From assembly GCF_001194135.2 (NCBI RefSeq), contig NC_068994.1:27489600-27529254 (forward strand): 39,655 nucleotides of DNA. The letters run 5' to 3'. The notes beneath the pieces were generated by a model that ran no database searches, was not told where the DNA came from, and was given only the letters and a program-made list of their open reading frames with translations. Position numbers and translations under genes: made by a program. The stretch comes from Octopus bimaculoides. Lineage: Eukaryota. Of this stretch, positions 1 through 11,038 are shown piece after piece. The stretch's first letter is position 1, and every line of letters starts with the position of its first letter.

Positions 1-98
<98 letters not shown>

Positions 99-120
99 TT
101 ATTATTATTATTATTATTAT
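1..120. repeat. Compound trinucleotide microsatellite (TAT)n(TAG)n(TAT)n
   Basis: Read directly. Confidence 0.98.
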
Positions 121-1296
121 TCACCTCAGTCTACATTGCCTTTCATGCTTTTGAGGTCAATGAAATTAGTACCAGTTGAGTACTGAGAATGATGCAGTTA
201 ACTAGCATTCTTCCCCAAAATTTCAGGCTTTGTGCCTATAATAGAAAGAATTATTATTAGTAAAAAAGGTGGTGAGCCAGAGCTGGCAGAATCATTAGCA
301 TGCTGACCAAAATGCTTATCCATGTTTTGTCTGTCTTCAAATTCCACTAAGGTAAACTTTGCCTTTCATCCTTTTGGGGGGTCAATAAAATAAGTACCAG
401 TTGAGCACTGGGAGTTGATGTAATTGACTAACCCACTTCCCTTAACATTGCTGCATTTGTGCCAAAATTAGAAAGAATTGTTAATAATATTAGTATGATT
501 GACAGGATCATTAGAACATCAGTCAAAATCTTCTGTGGTATTTATTGCTGTTTTTTATGCTCTAAGTTCAAATCCCACTGAAATTAGTTTTGATTTTCAT
601 CTTTCAGATGATGGGGGAATCAATAAAATAAAATATCAGTCAAATATTGGGATCAATTTAATCAACTTTTCCTCCCACTAAATTTGAGACCTTATGTCTA
701 TGAAAGAAAATGTTGTTATTAAAAATAAGTAACCAGTTGAGCCCTGGAGTCAATGCATTCAACTTACTCTTCCCCTAAAAGTTGCTGGCCTTGTGCCAAA
801 ATTTGAAAGCATTATTGCAAGCAGGCAGAATTGTTAGCAGACAAAATGCTTAACATAAATTTCATCTGTCTTTATGTTCTGAGTTCAAATTCTGCCAAGG
901 TCAACTTTGCTTTTGATCCTTTCAGGGTTAATAAAGGGTGTGTGTACCAGTTGAATACTGAGATCAATGTAATTGACCTAACCTCTCCCCTGAACTTTCT
1001 GGCTTTGTAGCAAAATTTGAAATTATTATTATTAAGGCAGTGAGCTGGCAGACTCATTAGCATGCTGAAAGAAGTGCTTAGCGGTATTTCGCCCATTACT
1101 ATGTTCTGAGTTCAAATTCTGCCAAGGTCAACTTTGCTTTTGATCCTTTCAGGGTTAATAAAAAGAGTACCAGTAAAACACTGGGGTCGATATAATTAAC
1201 TAGTCCCTTCCCCAAAATTTTAGGCCTTGTGCCTATAGTAGAAAGGATTGTTATTATTATTATTGTTGTTGTTGTTGTTATTATTATTATTATTAT

Positions 1297-1342
<46 letters not shown>

Positions 1343-1530
1343 GTTAGCACACCAGGCATAATGCTTAGTGGCATTTCATCTGTCTTTATGTTCTGAGTTC
1401 AAATTTCACTGAGGTTGACTTTGCCTTTCATCCTTTCAGGGTCAATAAATTAAGTACCAGTGATGTAATTGACTAGTCCCCTCCCCCAAAATTTCAGGCC
1501 TTGTGCTTTTAGTAGAAAGGATTACTACTA
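121..1530 (+). mobile_element. Head-to-tail array of about 7 decayed tRNA-derived SINE copies with ATT/ACT tails
   Basis: Recurring A-box-like GGTGAGCTGGCAGA, B-box-like GAGTTCAAATTC, core CTTTGCCTTTCATCCTTT and 3' end TTGTGCCTATAGTAGAAAGGATTATT. Copies at about 121-250, 266-482, 497-715, 722-815, 817-1030, 1034-1250 and 1343-1525. Confidence 0.88.
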
Positions 1531-1551
1531 CTACTTTTCTTATTATTTCAG

Positions 1552-1734
1552 TTATCTAAATGTTCTTTGCATCTACATCTGCAACAAATGGAAGTGCTTT
1601 TCAATGTTCCTCGCATACTGTCTGATGAAAATGCTCCCGGCCTTATTTTGGCACATGGTACTGTTGGTGAGCAGCTTTCATTTCAAGATGTCAGTGTTTT
1701 CATCTCTAGAGATGCTGGTGTTCATTGGTATTCA
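1552..1734 (+). CDS. SORCS: SorCS-type VPS10P-domain receptor, internal exon A (phase 0 to 0)
   Basis: Acceptor ttattatttcAG at 1550-1551 and donor GTGAGT at 1735. Translates LSKCSLHLHLQQMEVLFNVPRILSDENAPGLILAHGTVGEQLSFQDVSVFISRDAGVHWYS, with the CSLHLHL motif and Asp-box SRDAGVHW typical of VPS10P receptors. The symbol is family-level only. Confidence 0.92.
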
Positions 1735-1760
1735 GTGAGTGTTCATCTATTATGATTCTT

Positions 1761-1763
<3 letters not shown>

Positions 1764-1801
<38 letters not shown>

Positions 1802-1815
1802 TATCACCATCATTA
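1764..1815. repeat. (CAT)n microsatellite
   Basis: Read directly. Confidence 0.95.
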
Positions 1816-2113
1816 TTGTTGTTCTTGTATGTAATAGATTCAATAAAAAATTTTAGAATAGGTATCCTTTCACTTTACTGCTTAGTGACAAGTATGGATA
1901 ATTTGATTTTTTTGTTTCCCAGTCAAACTCATTTTCATTATATAGTTGCATGCTAACACACATAGGTTTCAATCAATTATGAGAAAATGAACATTAATAT
2001 GTTAATGAAAATCATTGCTAATAAAAAAAACTGTTAATGCTAATTATTTTTAAGAAAGGCAAGGGGGAGAAATTTAAATTGATAAAGTATTAATATAGAT
2101 TGTTTACTTTCAG

Positions 2114-2205
2114 GCACCATTCCATGGCCTTCATGAGTTGAATATTCTGGACCAAGGTAGCGCCATAACAGCACTAAATGCCAGTTGGAAAACTCGAGAG
2201 ATATA
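2114..2205 (+). CDS. SORCS: SorCS-type receptor, exon B (phase 0 to 2)
   Basis: Acceptor tttactttcAG at 2112-2113 and donor GTAAGT at 2206. Translates APFHGLHELNILDQGSAITALNASWKTREI+ta; LDQG matches the SorCS LDQGG segment. Too short for the ORF track. Confidence 0.9.
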
Positions 2206-2499
2206 GTAAGTGTTTGCTAATATTTATATTTATTTGTGTTCTTTTTTTGTAATAGGTTTGCAAGTTTAATGTAAATTTTAAGTGTTTGATTAATTTACAC
2301 TTCACATTAGAGTCAGTGAAAAATCACAGGTTCACTGCATTCTAATGTTGAGAAGAACAAGGGAGTATTTGTAACTCAATGTAGAGCAAGTATCTCAAAG
2401 AACTTTTTTTTAGAATACTAGTTTTTTGCTTTCTCATGAATCTTTACAACCTTCACTGATAAACACAGGTGAATGATGCACACACATATACAAAGCCTT

Positions 2500-2502
<3 letters not shown>

Positions 2503-2562
<60 letters not shown>
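2503..2562. repeat. (TG)n microsatellite
   Basis: Read directly. Confidence 0.98.
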
Positions 2563-2567
<5 letters not shown>

Positions 2568-3559
2568 CCATGTGTTCATGTGTGTGTATGTGTTATTCCA
2601 TGATCATTCCATGATCAAGACAGTCTTGGTCAAGCAGAATTATTTTCAGTGCTCTAACATATTAACCTTTTAGGTTTTTTGAGATATTAACGTAATTTGA
2701 AAATGGGGAGATTTACCTGATATTTCTAACAGATTGAATAGTCACATTCATATTCTCTTCTTAGCTTGCCATTTCTTAGATTGATTACTTCTGCTTATTA
2801 TTTGTCTAGCAGAGAGGTAAGCAGCAGGTGGGCTACTCAGGTGTCTCTGTGGATTTCAGCCCTTCTTTTAAAAGTGAGTCATTACAAAACAAAGTAGCTG
2901 ATCTCTGTTTTAGTGCTTTTTAAAATATTATTTTCTGATTTATGTCAGAAAATAAGTGTTTACCTGATTGTCCTTGGTTTAAGTTCCTTCATGTTAAGTT
3001 TTATTCAAGACATATATATGTGGGGGGGAGGTGGAGAGACATTGGAGTTGTTTGAAGTTGTAAAGTGCAGAAAGGAACTTGGTTGAGTTTGCCACTGTAG
3101 TGTGGGGAAGGGGAATGAGAGAAGAACAAGAACTAGAGGGATTTTTTAATGTATTTTTACTTCTTTTACATTAATTTCCCAAGTTTGCATGTATTGGAAT
3201 GTTTTTTTATTAGAATCATTGATTTTAGTTTGAAAGTTTTACATTTGAATGATATCCCTTCTATGGCAGCCCAGCAGAGTAGAGAATCTTGTTCAAGGGG
3301 AAGAACACTGAGCATTTGTTCAGTAGTCTAGAACCTTAACCTCTCATCTTTTGTAACACACAGTGATGGTGCCAGCTATAAATTTCCTGTCCATGTCAGA
3401 ACAAGATATTTGTGGAAGTTATATGCCAGCAATTTAAGCTGAGATTGTCTGCTTGTCAAAACTATCTCATCGATCAAGTTCTTACTAACACAAGACAATT
3501 GCATCAAGTCAGTTTATGAAACAAGGACAGGATACATACATACATATGTACATACAGAC

Positions 3560-3561
<2 letters not shown>

Positions 3562-3642
<81 letters not shown>

Positions 3643-3815
3643 TCACACACACACATATTTATGCAAGTATGCATGTGTACGTATGTATATGTACATATAT
3701 ATGCACATATATATGTGTATGTGTATAAATATATACATACATGTACACACATTCACACATATACATGTATGTAAGTAAATATATATATATGTATGTATGC
3801 ACACATGCACATACA
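3562..3815. repeat. Compound (TG)n/(TA)n/(CA)n low-complexity tract
   Basis: Read directly; it generates several spurious ORFs. Confidence 0.95.
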
Positions 3816-4227
3816 CACACTGTACAATGAATGAATAACATTTGTAGTAAGAAGTCATAGGCTCTTGCCACAAATATTGAATTTTTTTTTTTAAATAATC
3901 CAGTTGGAAGGAAGAAACCTCTTTAGAAATATTAATTTAGAGAAAAGGAAGCAGTAACATAGCAGGTTAAATCCCTTTTAGTATTTAAATTGTCCCTCAA
4001 GGATCTGAGTTCAAATTACATTAGGAACACCATCATCTTATATCTTCCAGCCGAACCTGGTAAATGCTAGTAATGGACACACTGGATAAATAATGTAAAT
4101 GTACATGTATGAATTATTTAGTTAACACATATTCTTAGCCTCACTGTGAAACATAGATACAGTATTTAAATGACATATGTCTACTTTTCAACTTAATCTC
4201 TCACAGTATAATGCTTCTATTAATTAT

Positions 4228-4498
4228 TATCATTATCATCCTTGTCATGTTAAAGCCCACTTATCAATGCTTACATGAGTCAGACAAAATTCAATGAGAC
4301 AAATTTTCTGCAGTCAAATGTTCTTCTTGTGATCATCTCTCACTTGTTTCCAAGTGAGGTAATATTTTCCTAGTCTGTCACACAATGGCCAGACATATTT
4401 TCATAGAAAAGTGCAAACAAAACACATTGCTTTTTTTTTATGGTGATCTCTGTTTACAATTAGCATGTGATGTCAAGACAGGGAGACTCAAGACCACA
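4228..4498. repeat. Interspersed repeat bounded by (CAT)n and (CA)n; second copy at about 23454-23695
   Basis: Shared motifs TGAGACAxATTTTCT, TGTTTCCAAxxxxGTAATATTTTC, TGGCCAGACA and ATGTGATGTCA in both copies. Confidence 0.6.
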
Positions 4499-4508
4499 TG
4501 CACACACA

Positions 4509-4557
<49 letters not shown>

Positions 4558-4599
4558 TCCTACATCTATACATAGATTCATGGATACTTATGTCTTCAC

Positions 4600-5520
4600 A
4601 TGTATATGACTGCATGCTGCAGGACATGCTGAGTAAGGTTTTGCAGGCATTTGAGATAAATGGGCTACTGCTGGTTGCTGAGTAGCTCCTATGCAAATGC
4701 CAGGAGGTTTGTGTTCATGTAAATGATCAAAACCTTTCAGTGTTAGTACTAGACTTCAACAGACTTCATAATTTTTATGAACTGGATTGATATGCACAGA
4801 TGTTGTGGAAGTGATATCACATTTGATGGGTGTAGGACCAATCAGCTGATATTGGCAGATGACATGGTGCTACTTGGTTCATCAGAAGGTGATTTCCAGC
4901 TTGCACTGAATAGGTTTACTGCTGAGTGCTGCAAGACAGGGATAAGAATTAGTGTTACAAAGAGTGAGACACTGGTCCTCTCAAACAAAAGGTCTTCTTG
5001 GTGCACCCTGCAGTTTAGTGGATCACTGAAATGAGTGAAAAAGTAATTTGGGAGTCATATTCACAGGTAATAGAAGGTAGGAGGTTGAATTGGATGCTAG
5101 AATTACATTCAGTCTTCAGAAGAGAAGAGGTTGGTGAAAAAGCCAAACTTGCTACCCTCAGTTCATTTTTCATACCTATCCTCAGTAATGGTCATGAATG
5201 TTGGTGATGACTAAAAGTGTACAATCATGAATACAAGCAGTTAAAATGAGGTTCCTCTGAATGATCTCTGAAGTAACATTACTTGACAGACATCAGGAAG
5301 TTTCTCCAGTCTCTCTGATTATAATGTCACAGGAAAGAATTACAAGATGGATTCTTCAAGTTGAGTCAACCAGCAGGAGACTTAAGGATAGATTAAGAAT
5401 GAGATGGTTGGATATCATCCATGGTCTCAGTTTGTCATGCTTGGGAATTCAGCCAGAAAGTCTGATGATTGTTGCTTCTCATAGGACCTTACGGAAGAGG
5501 CACATGACCCTCCCATGAAT
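4600..5520 (+). mobile_element. RTE-clade LINE remnant (Expander-like), RT C-terminal half and tail
   Basis: Decayed frames give LILADDMVLLGSSEGDFQLALNRFTAECCKTGIRISVTKSETLVL and RRLKDRLRMRWLDII, with multiple stops and deletions. Confidence 0.85.
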
Positions 5521-5652
5521 AGTGAGCAAAGAGGATCAAATGATGGGCGGAAGGAATATTTTTCTTCTCCCAGTCATTTCTCTTATCATTTTGTGTCTGT
5601 AACTGTTGAGCACCTTGCAATATTAAGTGATGTGTTCCTTTTCATATGCGAT

Positions 5653-5774
5653 GGAAGCCTATCATTGCATGTAGTAGCATTATACATGGTCTGACATGTA
5701 CTGTGACAACATTTTGCTGGCTAGATCCCATAGTACATGTCAGACTATGCTACAACATGCAATGATAGGCTTCC
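5653..5774. repeat. Near-perfect 122-nt inverted repeat (hairpin)
   Basis: Outer arms 5653-5680 and 5747-5774 pair 27/28; 7-nt bulge; inner arms 5688-5705 and 5729-5746 pair 16/18 plus 2 G:U; 23-nt loop. Confidence 0.95.
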
Positions 5775-5869
5775 CTTCTACTTAAAAGTTTTGAAGGCTC
5801 TGTAAGGAATAATAGCCATCGCCCACCCCTTTTGATTAAAATATAAACAAAAATACATTCTACATAAAC

Positions 5870-6060
5870 ATCCAGCCTGCTAGAAAAAGCAACCGAATCT
5901 CTCTCAAATTTCTTGTTACCTTCTTACAAAAAATGCATTAGATAATATGATTTTGGGTTTCCTATACAAAGGGAAGAGATAAGATAGTCATGGTTAGGTT
6001 GCTATTAATTATAGAGCTGTTTAACCAGGTGTGGGCTTGGGCTTCACAACAGCAATAACA
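5870..6060 (+). repeat. Interspersed repeat; second copy at about 16180-16370
   Basis: AGCCTGCTAGAAAxAGCxACCxAATxTC..CAAAT is shared, followed by similar GATAAT...GTCATGxTT segments. Confidence 0.55.
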
Positions 6061-6443
6061 TTGTGTGGCAATATCACCCTCACCACCTCTGTATCATAAC
6101 ACTATAATTCCCACTGCTACTACACCACATAACAACTCCCCACTACCTTCACTGTCATTATATCATCACAATCCACACTCTTAGTACTACTATATGTATC
6201 TACCTGTCTGTCTACTCTATGTATGCTTCTATCTCTGTTTATCTATCTATGTATCTAACCATCTGTATCACCATCTGTTATCTATTTGTTTGTCTATCTC
6301 TCTGTTTCTCTCTCTCTCTCACCCTTTGTTCATCTTTCTCCCCTCCTCTCTCCCCCTCCTCTCTCCCACCTCTCTCTCTCTCCATCCATTGCTCTATCAT
6401 ACTATCTGTCTATCTATCTACATTGATTTCATCTACTGTTCAG

Positions 6444-6551
6444 TTTCAGTTGTGATGAAGGCCAGAGCTGGCAGAAGCACATATTTGCTGATGAAGATGT
6501 TTATGTTGATGGGGTATTGAATGAACCAGGAATAAATACCCTTATTGTCAG
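6444..6551 (+). CDS. SORCS: SorCS-type receptor, exon C (phase 2 to 2)
   Basis: Acceptor ctgttcAG at 6442-6443 and donor GTAAGA at 6552. Translates (Y)FSCDEGQSWQKHIFADEDVYVDGVLNEPGINTLIV+ag, with Asp-box SCDEGQSW and VDGVLxEPG as in SorCS. Confidence 0.93.
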
Positions 6552-6641
6552 GTAAGAGGAAGAAGACTCCTAAAATTTGTTTCAACTGCTATCAACTGAC
6601 TGACTTCATATTAGTTGTAACAGTTTCTTTTTCTTTTTCAA

Positions 6642-7095
6642 CCCCTTTCATACCAAAACACCTGAAAGCTCTTCTGATTCTATGACATGAGCATCAGACC
6701 ACCTCAGATTCTATGATACATCAACAAGCCTTCAGTTTGAAATTAGAAGCCTTTCAAAATAATTTCATAAGTTTTAAGTTATATTTCAGTTGCTAGATTT
6801 ACCACAAGTTATTTTATTAAATCCTTTCAAAATCTTGATTATTTTCAAAATTAATTGAAACCCATTGGTAATATATTTTGATAAATAACCCTTTAACTTT
6901 TGGATTAGTCTGTCAAATGTAATGCTTATTGATTCACATTGTTTTGAATTAATCATGCTGTATTTCATAGCTTTGAGATTTTGATAAGATTTTGATGACA
7001 TTGTTAGCTATATGTAAGTGGCTGAATCTGGCCTGTCTGAATATAAAACAGGTAAAATATTTGGGCCAGATATGGCTGGTTTGAATGCTAAAAAC
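6642..7095. mobile_element. Degenerate piggyBac-like MITE, longer variant
   Basis: Begins tcaa|CCCCTTTCATACC and ends before ttaa at 7096-7099. Internal AAGTTATTTTAxTAAAT..AAAATxAATTGAAAC is shared with the reverse complement of 15502-15717. Confidence 0.45.
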
Positions 7096-8287
7096 TTAAA
7101 AAATGAGATAATGGAAGGTTAAATTAAATATAATTATTATTATAACGATTAATAATGAATTGAGGTAAAAATGTAAGGACAAAGATTGGGCACAGGATGG
7201 ACACAATCAATTAAATTAACCTCAATCACTGATTGTTATATAGTTCCTAAATTTAGAAGAATAAAAAGCAAAGCTGAAATTAACAAAATTTGAATTCACA
7301 ATGTAAGGTGACTTAACTAATCACAGGAAAGTATTTGTCCAATTGTTTACCAATTTTACCATCACCTGCTGTGTCCTAAAAAAGATTTCTAACTTTGGTA
7401 CTGCTCACAAATACTTATTGTGTATCAATATAGAAAGATTGTATATACATAGAACTCATACAGAATCAGAGCATTAAGTATTATGATGACAGCAGCCATG
7501 GCAACAGTGATGACTAGATTCAGTGCTAATATTACAGGGATGGATATAATTTTTGGAGCTCATTCCCCAGTATAACCCTGGTATTTGTCTCATAAACTGC
7601 AGAATTATTTAAAATAAATCACTAAAGGCAAACTTATTTCACTTTAAACATAAAATCAGGAGACTGCACCATTCACAGGAAATTATTTATATAGTGAAGG
7701 ATCTAGTTTAACTCTGATCTTTCTAACTTCTCCATTGCTCACATTGTCACAAAGTCAAGGTGACAAATTTATAGATGATGTTAGTGAAAATTTAGTCCAA
7801 GCACAGGCAACTTTTTTGAGAAGCAAGCTGTATGAAACATGACTCATCATCAGGCAAGTTTCACTACTAAGAAAAAGAAAATTTTAGGTAATTTTTCATC
7901 AACAAACTATTCAGAAAGTCCTGCAGGTCACAGTTTGTTCATGACTGGTTTAGTTGATTAAATAAATTGACTTCAATACATAACCTGAGAGGAACAAAAA
8001 GCAGAGGTGATTAAAGGCAAATTTTAACTCAGAAAATAGGAGGGGAGATACAACTAATAATGTCTGGTATTTAATTTGTAAGAGATGTTCGTGGCTTTCT
8101 GAATGTTAGTAGAGATGTTTAAAAACTGAAACAGCAATAACTGGGAACTAAATGATAAATAATTATGGAGCTAAATGGTAAATGGTAAGTAATTATAGTG
8201 TTGTCTGGTTATGTGACATGTCATACGATGGTGTAGCTTCAGCATCTAAACTTATTCTGTTGTAAAACTGCAGTGGAAACATCTTAG

Positions 8288-8440
8288 TTGTTACTATTGT
8301 AAAGTTAAAATAGCAACACCCCAACTGTTGCTATTGTAAAGTTGCAGCAGCAACTTGCCTGCTGTTACTACTGTAAAATTGAAATTGCAATGCCTTGACT
8401 GTTGTTATTGAAAAAGTTACTGTTGCTGAAATTTTTCAAT
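8288..8440. repeat. 37-bp minisatellite, 4 clear units plus degenerate flanks
   Basis: Unit starts at 8288, 8325, 8362 and 8399 (exact 37-bp period); consensus approximately CTGTTRCTATTGTAAAGTTGNAATAGCAAC. Confidence 0.8.
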
Positions 8441-8910
8441 TACTATTAGAGAGCTGCAATTACTTGACCAGATGTATTACTAATATAGATATATCACATC
8501 CTATTTGTTTCTATTGTGACACTTGAGCTGAAACACCTCAGTTGTGAAGCTGAAACCATATATTGCCTACTGTTGATCAGCTTCTATATTTGTACAAATT
8601 TCTATTGTTTTCTTCTGCTTAGTACTGGAATAATTTAAGTATTGACTCCTGAGACTTTCATATCTAGATATGTTTTATATATATATTAATCAATGAAATT
8701 CCAATGAAGTCTGATTTTCATGTCTTAATATTTGCAATTTTTACAACTTTACAATATTGAAATAAACTATTATATATATGTGCGTGCATGTGTGTGTGTG
8801 TATAAATTGCAAATAATAAAACATGGAAATCAAACTTAGTTGGAATTTCATTGATTAATATATTCTTCTATACACAATCATACAAACTCGGATATATATA
8901 TATATATATA

Positions 8911-9006
8911 NNNNNNNNNNNNNNNNNNNNNNNNNNNNNNNNNNNNNNNNNNNNNNNNNNNNNNNNNNNNNNNNNNNNNNNNNNNNNNNNNNNNNNNNNN
9001 NNNNNN
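8911..9006. other. Assembly gap (96 N) within (TA)n
   Basis: Read directly. Confidence 1.
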
Positions 9007-9099
9007 TATAAAATTTATATATTCTGAAATTATTTGTAGGGTGCACCTCTTTAGACACACACAGTCATATACATTACAGTTTAGAGTATTATATGCAGT

Positions 9100-10445
9100 A
9101 GCATCAACTACATTGATGGAAAAAAGTCTACTGGTCATAGACCAGTGTGACCTCTCTGGCAAATACAAGGTTTGATGTTTTCAGTTCATGTTAATCCCAA
9201 AGATTCTCTGGCCTCTGCTGGTTTACAATATCAATACTAGCACATTGGAGGACATGGAGGTCAAAATCAACAAGTACACAAAGAAGTGGTTTGATGTGCC
9301 ACCAGGCCAAGCTTAAACTACCTCTCAAGTCCATCATTGAAGAATACAAAATCAGAAAAATTCAAGGCTCTTCACTATGCTTGAAGACTCAAAAGACAAG
9401 TGTGTGAGGTTGATCTGGCTCAAGCTGAAGACAGGCAGGAAATGGAATGTTCAGGAGGTGGTGGATCCAGCAAAGGAAAGTCTTATGATCAGAGAAATAA
9501 TGGGACACACTCAGGTCAGTAGGCAAGGACTTGGTATAACAAAAACAAAATGGCAGATCTCTGAGAAAAGAAGATCTCTGAGAAAGGAAGAGGACACCAT
9601 AAGAATCTGGAAGGCAGTGTAGCAGAGTGAACAAGGCCAGTGGATGACATGGGCAGGTGCACTCCCAAAGTGTCTCAGCTGGAATGACTTGTGGCATGTA
9701 GTGCCTCTTAGAATAAGTTTTATCCTCAGATCTGTTCATGATCTCCTGCCTTTGAATATGAACCTAGTGAGTGAAGTGAGACAAATCAGAATATCCTGAG
9801 TGCCCACTCTGTCAGGGTACAAAGACAATGGAACACATTCTGAGCTCCTAAAGCATAACAGTAGCCCAAGGAAGATGCACTTGGAGGCACAATAAGTATG
9901 GCAAGAGTAAAATCCATAGCACCAGAATCTCCAACAACATTCTACATGACAGGAGGCAGCAAATCATGGCTTGGAACAGTTATGCCATATGGGACATGGG
10001 AATGAAGTCTTCTGGGTGGTGCAGATAACTGGGAGTCAGCAGACCTCCCAGGATCAATAAAGCAACTAGAAATCATCAGGAAGATTGACTTGAGGCTGGA
10101 AACCATACTCCATTCCAGTTCATCTAGGCAACTAATTTTGATTGAACTCATCGTGCCATTTGAAAATAGAACAGAAGAAAAATTCATATTCAAGACTGAA
10201 AAATATGCCAGTCTGGCCAACAGCCTGAGGGAAGTCAGTTTCTGGACCAAGGCTCTTGCTATAGAGGTTGAAACCAGAAGTTTTGTGAGCAAATCTGCCT
10301 GCTTTCAATCATATGTAACAACTCTTTGGGAAGAACAAGACCAAAGCCCTAAAAGCAATATCAAACGAGAGGTGTTCCAGCTGGATCTGGTTAAGGAAGA
10401 TCAGAAACGACTGCCAGACCATTTGAAAGCAATGTTTTTGTTTTG
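9100..10445 (+). mobile_element. Hero-like non-LTR retrotransposon remnant (restriction-like endonuclease type), C-terminal part
   Basis: IDQCDLSGKYKV*CFQFMLIPKILWPLLVY; KLKTGRKW; CCHC-type CPLCQGTKTMEHILSS*; QGRCTWRHNK; RLE segment ILIELIVPFE...KTEKY...AIEVETRSFV. Many stops and frameshifts. Confidence 0.82.
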
Positions 10446-11038
10446 ATGCTAAGGGAAGTAACTCTCAGTGAGTCATTATGGTAGCACTGACATTTCACTG
10501 CTACTACAACAACCAACATTACTTCTTATATTAGCTGAGTCAATTGAGAGTAGTTGCAGTAGATGAAATCTCCAAGTAGTCTAAATGCACAAGTCTCCGA
10601 TATATCAAAGTAGCTAAAAAGTGTCAGCAGAAGGGCACCCAGGAGTCATGACCTGGATGCAGCCTGACTTCCTTAGAGTGTAAGAAGTTAAGGGCTGAAA
10701 CACTTGCCTGATAGGGTTTCTTCTCTGAAGACCTTCCGCTGTTCAGCTCTCTTGAGAGTTTCTTACCACTCATTTCAACATAAAATTGAGGGTCAAACAA
10801 AGCTAATGGGGCACAGAGATTCCTGATGTGGTGTGGTGAAATGCATTCCAAGTTTAGCCATTTGAGCAAGAGAGTAGTACCGTGATGTTTGCAAATGTCA
10901 TGTGGCAGGTGAATTTACTCTAGTTATATCATAATGCAAAGATTTTTCTCTAATCACTGATCAAATATGATTTTTCCTTTATTTTATTTACTGACTTACC
11001 ACAAGTTCTTTAACTTAATTTCATCTTCTCTATTCCAG

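Noticed and set aside
3504-3873. Many overlapping ORFs in TG/TA/CA tracts (also 2473, 16985, 29474, 31100-31603, 37624)
   Set aside because: Simple repeats lacking stop codons; not coding.
8288-8440. CRISPR-like 37-bp palindromic repeats
   Set aside because: Units are contiguous with no spacers, there are no cas genes, and the context is eukaryotic.
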